Below are positions 1 through 18,895 of a stretch of DNA of 64,000 nt, one piece after another. The position numbers and the translations under genes are program-made. The notes under the pieces are model-generated. The model was not told where the DNA came from. It saw nothing but the letters and a program-made list of their open reading frames with translations, and made no database searches. Position 1 is the first letter of the stretch. Every line of letters begins with the position of its first letter. This stretch comes from the human T2T-CHM13v2.0 reference genome, Homo sapiens: NCBI RefSeq assembly GCF_009914755.1, contig NC_060938.1; one strand, given 5' to 3'.

Positions 1-329
1 TATATATTTTTTTCACAAAATTGGTGAAGGTTATATTGAGGAGAGCGAATAGAGGTAAAAAGACCGTGAAATGTAGTATAAAGTAGTATAAAGAGAAGGA
101 CCCATGTAGAAAAGAACATCAATATGCAACTTCAGAAGTATTGCCCCACTATAATTAATGTGTATAGATTTTCTCAAGAATGTAGGCTAACACTAATTTA
201 ATTCAAGGCCAGCTAAGAGCTTGATAAATGTAAGTGGAATGAATGCATTTCAATTAATATACTAGAGACATCCTGTGTATCAGAATTCATTCCTTCCATG
301 CTGTTTCACATTCTTTGTCTTCCCTCTCA

Positions 330-425
330 GCAGTGGGGTGTAATAGAAAGCGTACTTGCTTTGGATCATACAGACCTAAATTTAAATTTCAACTCTGACT
401 TATTAGTTCTGTGATCTTAGTGGTC
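330..425 (+). mobile_element. MIR SINE fragment (degenerate)
   Basis: Resembles the MIR 5' core: gtgtaatagaaagc...cagacctaaatttaaatttcaactctgacttattagttctgtgatcttag. Confidence 0.55.
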
Positions 426-2384
426 TCAGTAAGGAATTATTTTAGCATGGTTCTATTCTCACTTTCTCTTTATATAGCAAATATAGTTGAGGTAGTGGTA
501 AGGTGAGTATCAAGGTCAGAAGGGCCACGGAAAAATGACAGGATGGAGTTGAAAAGAGTAAGACAGGCCCTTAGATTAACTAAGAGTTCTGATGTGTGGG
601 GGTCCAGCTAATTCCTGTCTTCTGCACTGGTTTCTGCTGACCCCACGAGATCATGACACCACACTTCAGTGATCTATTGAGGCCTTTCTTTTCCTCCCCC
701 TTTCCTCACAGGAGCTCCAAACTCTTTGTTGGAATGCTTTTCTTTCTTTCATCCATAGACATTTTTGGCTCACCCTTATAAGTAGTATAATAATATAATA
801 TCAATTACTGTGTGAATTGATAAGAAAGCTAAAGGCTATAGCTCCCCGTTACTGTTATGTGGTTATGCCTTAACAGTGAAATTTAGAGACAATACAGATG
901 CCTTTTCTCTCTGTCTTCAGGAGTGATGCCACTATTTGAAGTTAGGGTAGAAAGGTGTTAACATGGAGGTGGAGATGGAACAGCTCTATCAGAGCTGATG
1001 GGGACTTGCTGGTGTCCCATAATCATATCATTTATAGGGCTATTGCTGCTCTGATTCTCTCTAGGAGAATATGATATAGATGATCTTTCTACTATTGGGT
1101 AACCAGAGACATGCAAATATCAAACTTTTTGCTTAGATTTAGAAAAATTTCTATTAAATTTTCTCCAAGTCAGAGACTAGATGAAAATGGAAAGCACCGA
1201 TACGCACTTAGAATGTGAATAGCCATCTGTGAAAGTCCTGCGAATTATTCTCCAATTTTGCTAATCAAAATAATGTTTGGCAAGAGCTAGTTGATAGTCA
1301 AGTAGCCTTTTAAATGATATTACTTAAATCAAGGAAGTTGACTTGGAAAGCCTGTGTTATAACACCATTGAAGTGATTAATGGTATTATATACCTGCTCT
1401 AGCAAAATTCACCTCTGAGACAAAGTGCTATTTATATAATATCTCTTTTCATTTTCGCCAAAGTATTTTAACACAGAAAAAGCAGAATTCTAGCCTCAAG
1501 ACTCATTTTTGCAAGGTGTGATTTTTTTTATTGGGTTTTAAGTTTCCATTATTTAAAAAAAGTCAGTAGATGGTATAATTTCAAGCTACTATATACATAA
1601 TACGGAAATATTTTTTGAAATTATGAACTTTTTATAAACAAAAGGTGAAGCTCATTACTCTTGCATCAATGATAGAGCAAAATTCAGATGCTATTCATGC
1701 AAGAATTGAAATTAGACAAAAACTATATCTGCTTAATGTAATTCCATTAGAAATGTATGTGCTTATACAATATAATTGATTTTAAAAGTTTTTAACAGAT
1801 TTTTTCCAGCTCTATTTAAGTTTGTGAGATTGAAGACATATGTACAGTTAAATTAGAATCTCAGATAAATAACAGCTATTTTTCAGCCAAAGTATATTGC
1901 ATGGGTTATACTTATATGAAAAAAATATTGTTTATCTCATATTGGAATTTAATAGTGTCTTATATTTTTATTTGCTAAACCTGTATCTCTCTAATGGATA
2001 ATTCCTTTATTTAGAGAATGATTTTTTTACAAATTCAAGGAAGAAAGATGTTTTATAATCATTCTAAATAGGATATTTGTACAATGACTAAAGTGATACT
2101 TTTTATTTTGAGTCATTTAAAAAATGGAGTGAGTTATGAAGATTTCCAAAAATCTGATGTTAGATTAGAATTCCAACATCTAGGGCAAATTAACAAAATT
2201 ATTTTGGGATTTAGTTCACTAAAGTAGTAAAGTAGTGGTAGAAGATATTCAGAAATAGGAGAGAGGGAAGAATTAGTAAAATAGAGAAGGCCGTGATCTA
2301 AGAGAGGAACAGGAACCATCAGTTTAAGGAATAGTAGATATGCTAATATATATGACTTAAAGCTCATTTTCAACTTTACTCTTA

Positions 2385-2590
2385 TAACAGTTACTATAGT
2401 TCAGACACTGTTATAAATACGTTTACTGGATAGTGACTCTTTAATCTTTAAAACAAGCCTTTGAGTAGTTGCTAATATTAGCCCCATCTTACAGATGAGA
2501 AAACTGAAGCAAGAAGAAGTTACTTGCTTAATGTTGGACTACAAGTAATGGTGGATATGGGATTTGAAACCCACCAGGCTGCTTCTGCTG
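2385..2590 (-). mobile_element. MIR SINE
   Basis: ccccatcttacagatgagaaaactgaagc...gggatttgaaaccc is the reverse-complemented MIR core. Confidence 0.8.
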
Positions 2591-2654
2591 TCTATACCAA
2601 ACCACTATTCAGTACTACTTGCTGTCTATACCAAACCACTATTCCGTACTACTT
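2587..2654. repeat. 34-bp tandem duplication (2 copies, 1 mismatch)
   Basis: gctgtctataccaaaccactattc(a/c)gtactactt at 2587-2620 and 2621-2654. Confidence 0.95.
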
Positions 2655-3110
2655 TTACAACTAATTCTATTTTATGAATAAGATATTGTAACAGAAATTA
2701 GAAACTAATATGTATATTGACGTGCAATACATCTTTATAAACTGAAATAATTAGTAACAGGAAAAAACAAAAATAAATCTGCTATAATTGAATAATTATG
2801 TTTTCATGCTACCAAATGAAAAAATGGTTGGTGTCTGTCATGAGAAATTAAATCAAAATTTATGAAAATAAGCATATTTACCACAAAACAATAAAGCTAT
2901 TGCCACTGCATACTAATTTTTAGACATGAAAAAAGAATTTGTGAATTTTGGGGGATGAGTTAGCACATAATTTTTCAACCATTCTGTAAAATCACATGTG
3001 GCAACCTTTACTTATCTTTAAACTTTTCCAACGTGATCTTAATGAGCTTGAGTTTTACACACATATGTATTAATTCATTAACTTTCCAAAGAGTTAGTTT
3101 TTTTGTTCTT

Positions 3111-4886
<1,776 letters not shown>

Positions 4887-5062
4887 TAAGTAATTCTATT
4901 ATGAAGTAACAACTGACTCATCACCCTTGCTATTTGCTTTTCTTCAAGTTCTAACTTATCTAACTCTGAAATTCTCTCCCTTGTCAAAGGCTTTGGGATA
5001 TGGTTTGTCAAGCAATTACCTAAACTCACTTTATCAACACTCTATAATACCATGTCTATTGC

Positions 5063-5131
5063 AAGATTTATACTTTTACTTTTTAATCAATTTATCACTA
5101 AAGATTTATACTGTTACTTTTTAATCAATTT
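5063..5131. repeat. 31-bp direct repeat, period 38
   Basis: aagatttatact(t/g)ttactttttaatcaattt at 5063-5093 and 5101-5131. Confidence 0.9.
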
Positions 5132-6221
5132 TTGGCTGTTTTAAAATTACTTCATCAATTTTTTTTGCAAGATCAGGCAACCATGTAAACATTGATCAAA
5201 GCCTTATGTAATGGGCAGATAAAGATTTAAATGGGGAGAGATGCTTGAATGGGTATTAATTTTAGAAGTGGTGAGTTTATCAGATAATATTGTCTGATAT
5301 GGGAAGTTTTGCTTCCCAATGTGAGCAACATAGCTGTATGGAAAGAATAAATAAGATAAATCCCTTTTAATTACTCTTATTGGTATATTTGGAATATTTT
5401 TCAGATGTTATTATTATCCACTAAATTCTCCCATGTGGATAGTAGCTATTGTCATTAAAAATTTTTGCACAAGTGAAAAGAGTCTAAAGTACCTGTATTA
5501 TTTTTGCAATGCAAAAAAATTTAAGAAGTCATAGTTTTTGAGTTTGAAACTGAGTTTATTGATTTGTTGTATCAGCTAAGTTAAAGCTCGATTAGCAGTA
5601 TACCAAATCAAAAGAAATCTTATTAAAAATACCACTGAATATGATCTATTTAAACTATAAAATCTTATTGATATCTAGTACATACCTTAGTGGGAAACTT
5701 ATTTTTACCTTGCAAATTTTCAATGTCCGTCTTAAAACTGTAACCCAGATGCCAGAGTTACTTCTGAAAGATCGAGTCTGCCTCTTTTGGAAGTGGCTGA
5801 AACTAGAAACCTCTTCTATCCTTCTCCAGTTCACTCCATGAAGAAAAAGTAAGTAAAAAACAAAATTCTAAAACACAAGTCTGCTCTAAATAGGTGCTTC
5901 TCTATCTACTAAATGCCTGCATTACATACATATCTCTGCCTTTATGTCTATGTAAATTTTCTTTCATTTCTGCTTTCTGCCTTCTTCCCTATTTCCCTCC
6001 CTTTCTCCTCATCTTTCCTATCTCTTTTATCTACTAATAATGATTTTCATTCTTTCCTCCGCTCATAAAGAATCTACCCTTTTTTCACATGTAATTAGTT
6101 CCAGACACACCTCCTCAGTTTTTCCCTTTCTTATGAATTCATTAATTGCTGAGAAATATTGGCTTTACTAAACTTTACCATATATTAATTTTTCATTATA
6201 AAAGGGTCTTACTATAAGATG

Positions 6222-8020
6222 TTAAAAAAATAAGAAATTTTACCTAGACATATAGCTAACCAGGGAAGTAAAAGATCTCTACAAAGAGAATTACAAAACA
6301 CTGCTAAAATAAATCAGAGATGACACAAACAAATGGAAAAATATTCTAAGTTCATGGATAAGATGAATCAATATCACTAAAATGGTGATACTGCCCAAAG
6401 CAATTTACAGATTCAATGCTGTTGTCATCAAACTACTAAAGATGTTCATTACAGAAATAGCAAATAATGTTTCAAAATTCATATAGAACCAAAAAAGAGC
6501 TCAAATAGTGAAGACAGTCCTAAGCAAAAAGAGCAAAGCAGGAGGCATCATGCTATCTGACTTCAAACTATACTGTAGGGCTACAATAACCAAAACAGCA
6601 TGATGCTAGTACAAAAACAGACACATATACCAATGGAACAGAACAGAGAGCCCAGAAATGAGGTCACATATATACAACAATTTGATCTTCAACATAGCTG
6701 ACAAAAACAAGCAATGGAGAAAGGACTTTCTATTCAATAAATGCTGCTGGGATAATGGGCTAACCATAAGCAGAAGATTGAAACTTCCTTACACAATACA
6801 TAAAAATAAACTCAAGATGGATTAAAAAATGAAAATATAACCAAAATCTATAAAAATCCTAGAAGACAACCTAGGCAATACCATTCTTTACATAAGTATG
6901 GGCAAATATTTCATGATAAGGATGCCAAAAGCAATTGCAACAAAAGTAAAAATTGACAAATGAGATCTAATTAATCTAAAGAGCTCTGCATTGCAAAATA
7001 AACTATCAACAGAGTAAACAGACAACCTACAGAATGGGAGAAAATATTATATTTGCAAACTATGCATCTGACAAAGTTCTACTATCCAGCATCTATAAGG
7101 AACTTAAAAAATTTACAAGAAAAAAAGCAAACGACCCCATTAAAAAGTAGGCAAAGAACATAAACAGATACTTTTCAAAAGAAGACATACATGCAGCCAA
7201 CCATCATATTAAAAAGAGCTGAACATCACTGATCATAGAGAAATGCAAATCAAAACCACAATGAGATACCATCTCACACCAGTCAGAATGGCTATTACAA
7301 AGTCAAACCATAACAGATGCTGGCAAAGTTGCAGAGAAAAGGGAATGCTTATTCACCGTTTTTGGCTCAGTTCAACCATTTTTGGTTAGTTCAACCATTG
7401 TGGAAAGCAGTGTGGTGATTCCTCAAAGAGCTAAAAACAGAACTGCCATTCGATCCACCAATCTCATTACTGGGTATATATCCAAAGGAACGTAAATCCT
7501 TCTACCATAAAGACATATGCACATGTATGTTCATTGTAGCACAGTTCACAATAGAAAAGACCATATTCACAATAGAATAGAAATGTAATCTACCTAAATG
7601 CCCATCCATGAGAGACTGGATTAAAATAATGTAGTATAAATACACCATGGAATACTATTCAGCCATAAAAAAGAATGAGATTATGTCTTTTGTGGGGACA
7701 TGGATGGAGCTGGAGGTCATTATCCTTAGCAAACTAACTCAAAAACCAAAAACCAAATACTACATGTTCTCACTTGTAAGTGGGAGCTAAATGATGAGAA
7801 TTCATGGACAGAAAGAAGGGAACAGCAGACATAGGGTCCTACCAGAGGGTGGAGAGTGGGAGGATGAACGCAGCAGAAATAACTATTGGGCACTAGGGCT
7901 TAGTACCTGGGTGATGAAATAATCTGTACAGCAAACCCCTGTTACATGAGTTCACCTATGTAATAAACCTGCACATGTACCCCTGAACCTAAAATAAAAG
8001 TTAAAATAAAAATAAAAAAT
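6222..8020 (+). mobile_element. 5'-truncated LINE-1 (old L1PA, ~L1PA15/16-like)
   Basis: Degenerate ORF2 3' half plus a 3'UTR ending aaacctgcacatgtacccctgaacctaaaataaaagtt and an A-rich tail. Confidence 0.9.
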
Positions 8021-9082
8021 AGAGAAAATGTTACTTTGGTGAATGAAAAGTAATTAAGACCCTACCTCAAAGATGATCAAAGTTAAAACAAAATAAACCT
8101 AGCTTTTGTCACTTTATACAATGTTAATAAAATATACCAAAAAAGATATATTCAATTTTCCTTTTATAAAATAACATGTATTCATGAGAAGGAGATAGAT
8201 GAGTGTGAACTATGAGCTTATATTCATCCCTGCCCTTGAGCTGATTTCACACAGCACAAAACAATGTCTCTTGATATGCTGGCAAAGATCAGAAAAATGC
8301 AGTTCACAGTTTTGAGACTTATTGTCATTATGCCTCCTTTGTTACTTTTGCTTGGGTAAGACTCTAATCCATCTTCAGTGTATAAGGAGACTTTCTTCCA
8401 GGTAGTTCTTTCTGAACACAACTTTGGGGTTACCTTGGACTTCTAACTCTCTGCCTTACTTTCAAACTTAAGGTGACAGTATGTTCTGAAGAACAAATTT
8501 GAATTCAATTTTACTATGTAGTCAAGCCCCCACCATCCCTTCTCACCCTAATCTCTCTATCTGCCTTATAAAAGGTAATTGTAGAAAAGAGCAAAATTAA
8601 GCCAAGAGAAGAGACTCTATATCTATGTACAATGAACCAATATTGCTTCTGTTTAGCTTCAGGCTCTTAGGACAGCATACAGATTTGAACTGTGAGATTA
8701 CTCTGTAGACCACCCATTTGACTTGGTTTCATGATCAGCTTAACTGTAGTTATCTATAATCTGTAATTAGTTATATGACCTAAGTAAATTATGAGTGAAT
8801 TAACTTATCCATATTCATTATCAATATTATTCTTAATTGACATAGTAGTGTAGTTTGAAAGACTAAAGCTTCTTTTTCATGGCATGGGAGTATTGTATAA
8901 GTAGATATAAATCTTGCTACTGTGCCTGACAGCATAGTTGACAGATTTTACTAACTTTTTCAAGCTCAAATATCAGAGACTTCTGCTTGAAGAGCAAAAT
9001 ACTCTTCAAAAACTTCATATACATAAGTATTATAGAGTATGACAATAAGAGACATTTGAAAATTATTTTAAAACTATTAAGA

Positions 9083-9382
9083 GGCCAGGCGTGGTGCCTC
9101 ACACCTGTAATCTCAACACTTTGGGAAGCTGAGGTGGGAAGATCACTTGAGGCCAGGCATTCAAGACCAGCCTAGGCAACATAGTGAGACTCCATCTCTA
9201 AAAAAAAATTAAAAAAAAAATAGCCAGGCATGATGGCATGTACCTGTAGCCCCAGCTATTCAGGAGGCTGAGGTGGGAGGATCTCTTGAACCCAGGCGGT
9301 CAAGGCTGGAGTGAGCCATGATCACGCCACTGCACTCCAGCCTGGGTGACAGAGTGAGACCCTGTAATTAAAGCAATAGAAA
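9083..9382 (+). mobile_element. AluJ
   Basis: Dimeric Alu with J-type features (caacatagtgagac, gtcaaggctg, gagaccctgt). TSD taaaactattaaga at 9069-9082 and 9383-9396. Confidence 0.95.
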
Positions 9383-9624
9383 TAAAACTATTAAGAATCG
9401 AAGAGGAACGTACATTACAAATTAAAATATGGAAGGAATATATCACAATCCTAAGCAATTAGACTGATTCAAAATTATCTTTGCATTATGATACAATTTG
9501 GTATACTTCCATATTTAGGCTCATGCTATTTGAATTTTCGGCTATAATAGATAATTCCTAGATTTGTAGGCGGTAGGGAGCTGACAGTTGTTAAGCAATT
9601 CATATTTCCTCCAAATGAAATGTA

Positions 9625-9770
9625 AGGCAGCTTTTTAAAAAATCCACATTATAGATAAAGAAATTGAGGCCAAGAGAGTTCAGTTAACTTCTCCAGGGTC
9701 ACAGAACTATTAAGCAGCAAAACTGGATTTGGATGGAGCTTGAGCACATACTTTTTCTTCTGTATAATGC
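9625..9770 (-). mobile_element. MIR SINE
   Basis: cattatagataaagaaattgaggccaagagagttcagttaacttctccagggtcacag matches the MIR core. Confidence 0.75.
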
Positions 9771-10138
9771 CAATTCTCTACTTCAGAAATGGAGTGGAAT
9801 GAGGAAATATGGAATAAGAAAATATTCAAGTGGTGAGAACAGCATGTTTGCCATTTGAGATATGAATATTTCTGACATATGTGACCAAGAAGGGAATACA
9901 TGGATGAGAGAATCCTTTCTCTTGCATTCTCTTTTCTAAGGATCAGTGGACCTGCAGGATGGGAGCTATAGCTAGAAAAAGTCCACAGTTTTATTGTCAG
10001 AAACAATTACCACTGACAGATTTAAAACCTTTTAAAGCCGTTTCTGTATATTGTGAAAAGCATGACTTTTTTGCGCTTGTGTGTACATGAGATACCTATA
10101 ACTCTTTTAGTATGGGCATGAAAAAAGAAGATGTGAGA

Positions 10139-10384
10139 TTTATAAGTGGAAGCTAAAGCTTGAGTACACATGGACATAAAAAACAACAGGCACCGGGGAC
10201 TGCCAGGGCAGGGAGGGAGGTGGCAAGGGTTGAAAGCTACCTATTGGGCACTATGCTCACTACTTGGGTGACAGGATCAATTGTACCCCAAACCTCAGCA
10301 TCATGCAATATACCCATGTAACAAACCTGCACATGTACCAACTGAATCTAAAATGGAAGTTGGAATTTTTTAAAAAGTGAAACA
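10139..10384 (+). mobile_element. Short LINE-1 3' end (L1PB/L1MA1-like)
   Basis: 3'UTR motif ccaaacctcagcatcatgcaatatacccatgtaacaaacctgcacatgtacc; flanking direct repeat aagatgtgaga at 10128-10138 and 10385-10395. Confidence 0.85.
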
Positions 10385-10462
10385 AAGATGTGAGAAAAAG
10401 ATAAAGGGAGAAGAAAAGAGAGAGAAGACAAGAAAATACATAAATATAGAAATGATGCATAG

Positions 10463-10768
<306 letters not shown>

Positions 10769-11744
10769 TTATTATTTTTTAAATGTTTTTAAATGGTTCA
10801 GTAAATGTTATAAATTACAGTGAAATAACATTTGAAGAAAGCCTGAGAAGATGTAGGTTCTGGGCCTATTGCTGTGAATTAGACAACAAACTTTCCTAGT
10901 GTTACAGGAATAATTAAGGAAAAGCAGTAATTGCTACTAGTTTCTTCCACCTGATGTACTGGCAGAGGCTATAGCCAGCCAGCTGGGAAAGTCAGGAAGG
11001 TAATAAAGTCACATGAGGAAGGTAGAAGGGACAACTTGAAGGCCTCATGAAACTCATGCTGAGGGTCTCTGAATGCCAGGAAATCCTTCTCCTGGCTGGG
11101 TGCAAGACTGCGTCTCTTACTCTGCAGAAATTTGCTGGCATCTTTCTGTCAAGTTCATAATTTCCTAGTTGTGCCAGCTGCATAGGGCTGCAGAGGACAA
11201 TGCCAAACTCAGTGGAGCCAAAAGTAATCTCAGAATGTAAGAAAACATCAATAGTAGGCTTTACTTATGCTCAGGGATCATTTATGATTCTCCCACTACC
11301 AAATCAACAGACTTTCTCCCCGTTATTCCTGCCCATAACCTTCTATACTCTTCCTGGAGAAACATTGCCAGTTGTTTCCGTATGCAAGGCTGTCCTCATT
11401 CCTCATTTACCTCTTTTGAGTCCTGATTTATTGTATACTCACGACTGTGGATGTTTTCCAAAAATAAGTCTCTCACCCTTTGATCTTTTCCCTTTATATA
11501 CTTAATAAAATATTACTAAAATTAACATATACTCCAATAAAAATGTCATGAGGCACACAGGAGATGCACAAAATAAAAAGGGTAAATAACTAATAAGCAT
11601 AAAATAGTCAAATCACGAATTATCCAAAAAATGTAAATAAAAAAAAAAGCCATACCATTTACACCTATCACGTTGTCAAAGACAATATGTGAAACAAAGT
11701 TGTAATACAGAGTATTGTGAAGAGTGTAAGAAATTGGTCACTCA

Positions 11745-15353
<3,609 letters not shown>

Positions 15354-15824
15354 AAGAAATTGGTCACTCATATATTGATGGAAGAGTAACTTGACAACAA
15401 TTTTCTGAAATTTAAATTTGGTAATATGTATCAAAAGTTTTAAATGGTACAGTATTTATAATGCAGTAATTCCATATTTATTAGTATTTTAGGGTAAAAT
15501 GTGTGATATAGAGATGCAATTTTATATACACCCATAAAAATGAAAATTAGAAATAATATAATTGTAGAACAGAAGGCAATTGGTTAAAACTAACGACATA
15601 TTATTTTTACTACAAATCCGTGAGCGTTGCCAGCTTCCTGCCCATTGTTGCAAGACGTACCATTTGAGTCCTTTAGTTACTCCACATCTGTGCATAAGTT
15701 TGTCCCTTTGCCTCCCCTCCCTTCTCCTTCCTTTCCTACCCTTCCTTTCTTTTCCACTCTCTTCTTGCCCTTTTCCTCATTGTCTTTCTTTCTTTTTCAT
15801 TCACATAAAGCAGCCAGAGTAATT

Positions 15825-15922
15825 CTGACACTTTGCTCAAGTTTATTCAACTAGAGCATGTGTTGGGGCTGAAATCTGAACTCAAGTAGATGACTCCAAA
15901 GCTTGTGCTCTTAAACACTGTT
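15825..15922 (-). mobile_element. MIR SINE fragment
   Basis: ggggctgaaatctgaactcaagtagatgactccaaagcttgtgctcttaaacactg. Confidence 0.7.
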
Positions 15923-16179
15923 TCAGAGTACCACTGACTGCTCAAGCCCACCTCTGATTCTTACTGCTGAAATGCGTATGTGTCTACTTTTATCAGATTT
16001 TGCACAAGTCACTTTTCCTACTAAGATATCCTTCCTTTGCTTTCCTTGATTACTTCCAGTTCTACTTAAATCCTTCCAACAACCATGAGAATATCCACTT
16101 CTAAAATATTCATTAAACCCTGTAAATTATAGAGACATTCTCTTCATGACACTTCCTATTTACTGGTGGAATATGAGAC

Positions 16180-16350
16180 AGTGAAGAATCAAAGCCAAGA
16201 ATTACTCTCCAGCTTGAAAAACCACCACTGGTCCCTGTGACTTACAAGATAAAATCTAAGCCTCAGAAACTTCACATCATGTAGACATTTTTTTCTAGTC
16301 TGGTCCGAACCTACTTCCCTAGTGACATCCTACGCCACCTGCTCCTTTTT
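16180..16350 (+). mobile_element. L2 fragment (degenerate)
   Basis: ctctccagcttgaaaaaccaccactgg...ttacaagataaaatctaagcctc resembles the L2 3' region. Confidence 0.5.
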
Positions 16351-17053
16351 CTCCTTCTCCCCAGCATGTCCTCCCTACCCAATCCTTCATCCCCCCTCTC
16401 CAGCAACACAGATCAGCTTCCTCTCACCCCATCAGGTGAAAATTTGGCAGCTGTTTGACATGATGCCTTGAAAAACTTTATTTTGTCCATATGGCTAGCA
16501 TTAATTTGTGTAAAACTTTCTTGTGACAATCTTTTTCATTGTCTTGCATTTTTAAAAATGTACTTTTATTTGTAGTGTAGAGGAAAACACACAATTCAGT
16601 CAGTGAAAAGACCTGTCTGACTTAATCTCTTCTGATTTGAGATGATTCCTAAAGGAATCCTTGTATTTTTGCCATTCAGGTTTATTTATTTATTTATTTT
16701 AAAATACAGGGAAAATGGCTGCTATCAAAATAAATCTGCGTTCTGCTCAAAGGAATATTTATTGATACTATAACAAAATTGCATTATGTCAGTTTAAATC
16801 CATGGAAAATACTGTAACTGAAATAATATATAATTTTATATATTTTGTTTGATTTTTTAAAATAGTTCAAGACATTAATGTCATTATTCTGATATTTTGC
16901 TTCAATATATTTATATTCTGAATATAAAAATTACATCATACAAAATAAGATGGAATACTCTTTCTGTAGGTTAGAAGGATCATATTGCACACTGCTGGAA
17001 ACAAAAAATTATCTGAGAATAAAAATATTAGGAGATAGGAGATACAAAATGCC

Positions 17054-17349
17054 TTTTTTTTTTTTTTTTTTGAGATGGAGTTTTGCTCCTGTCACCCAGG
17101 CTGGAGTGCAATGGCGTAATCTCGGCTCACTGAAACTTCCACCTCCCCAGTTCAAGCGATTCTCCTGTCTCAGCCTCCCAAGTAGCTGGGATTACAGGCA
17201 CCCACCACCACACCCTGCAAATCTTTGTATTTTTAGTAGAGATGGGGTTTCACCATGTTGGCCAGGCTGGTCTCAATCTCCTGACATGATCCACCCACCT
17301 CGGCCTCCCTAAGTGCTGGGATTACAGGTGTGAGCCACCATGCCTGGCC
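17054..17349 (-). mobile_element. AluS (Sq/Sp-like)
   Basis: Poly(T) plus reverse Alu (gagttttgctcctgt, gtgcaatggcg, gggattacagg). TSD acaaaatgcctttttt starting at 17044 and 17350. Confidence 0.95.
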
Positions 17350-18499
17350 ACAAAATGCCTTTTTTATGCTTACAAAGAAAGATGATATCAGGTGCCTCGT
17401 GTTTGTTGTTAATCGTTTATTTGATGTTAAATTCAACATCTCAACGTACCTCTGAGACACAGTGGTCTTTTACCTTAAGTTTTAATGGTTAGCTGCTGCC
17501 TCTTTTCTCTACTTTAAGATAAGATAAAACAAGTTTTTCTGCTTTCTTAATTTGGTACCAATTCATCTAGATATTGGTGTATTTTAGGTTCCAAAATTAT
17601 TTTAGGCATGGGATCAAAGAAGAAACTTCTTTGTAGCAGCATCCCAGTACTAGGACTTTTTGTCTCTGCATGGAAATCTGAATATATTTATATGTTGGAG
17701 TGACATCTCTACAGGAAGCCTAGAGACCTAACTGTTTGCTACATGTCACCAAAGTTAAAGTGTAAGTGTGGGTAAATTTCATTGCTTGTTTAGACCTTAT
17801 AAATATAATTACTCACTGTTAGACAATAAGAAATAGAAAACACTCAAGTGGCTTCCTTATACCTGGGTGTGTTGATTTTGTTTTGTCAATGAGGGCTTTC
17901 ATTAAGAGCCACTAAAGGTAAGCTTCTCTCAATTGATGTAGTGGTAACAATTTACTCTCTCCTGTCATAGTGAAGATAGAATGAAAAGAACCTGTCCTTC
18001 AATCTGTTTGTGGTAGAGATTTCTTTTTTTTTAAAGTATAAACATTGAATTCCTCTGCTTACTTGGAGATGGAAGGTCATTAACAGGGCACTTGAGCAGA
18101 TAGGAATTACAGTCAATTGAGACGTTGAAACATCCTAAATGGCCTAATGCACCAACTAAGTGCTTCTTAAATTCCAAAACTTTTACTTGAGCACAGCAAT
18201 CATGATTTTCCATTGCCTTTAGTAAATGTTGTTTTATATCATTTTATGCGAGGCAGCAACACAAATTTAAACCAGTGTGTTTATGTTTTCAGCTTAGTAA
18301 CATTACTTTGTCAAGACGTAAATGTAAAATTTGATTATCAGTTAATTACGTATGGTTACTTATTAAAATTAACAGAAAAATTAATGGAAGGTAAGTTAGA
18401 TGGTACTGCTAATGCCAATGCAATTTATTTCAAGATTCTATACTAATTTGAACTATTACTGCTATATGTGTGTTAAGTTTTGCGCACTCTCTCCCTATT

Positions 18500-18507
18500 T
18501 ATATATA

Positions 18508-18538
<31 letters not shown>

Positions 18539-18547
18539 GCACACACA
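18500..18547. repeat. Compound (TA)n/(TG)n microsatellite
   Basis: Seen directly. Confidence 0.9.
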
Positions 18548-18714
18548 AATACAGGGTATTTAGCAATCAAATGTATCTTAGGCCACATAACATGTAGTAT
18601 ATGAAAATAATGCATATGCAAGACATTTTTTAGTCTGGTCTGAATCTCCTTCTCTAGTGACATCCTATGCCACTTGCACATATTTATTATGTGATAATAA
18701 ATAACCACAGCAGA

Positions 18715-18895
18715 CACAATGAAGTACTAAGAAGACCTAAACTTTAGTCCTAGTGTTGTCATTTGTCATCAGTAGGATCAAGGTCACTTGAGTTTTCTTG
18801 CCTTAGCGTTCCACTAAGAGATGTCTCAATAATAATAATGAGAGTCTCAATAGATGACCTGCAAGATTATGTACAGCTCTAAACTTCTGTAGTAT
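18715..18895 (+). mobile_element. MIR/MIR3 SINE (degenerate)
   Basis: agaagacctaaactttagtcctag...tagatgacctgcaag...cagctctaaacttctgt. Confidence 0.6.

Noticed and set aside
16950-17460. ORFs overlapping the Alu (also 8987-9175 and 55847-56296)
   Set aside because: Typical Alu-derived translations with no gene structure.
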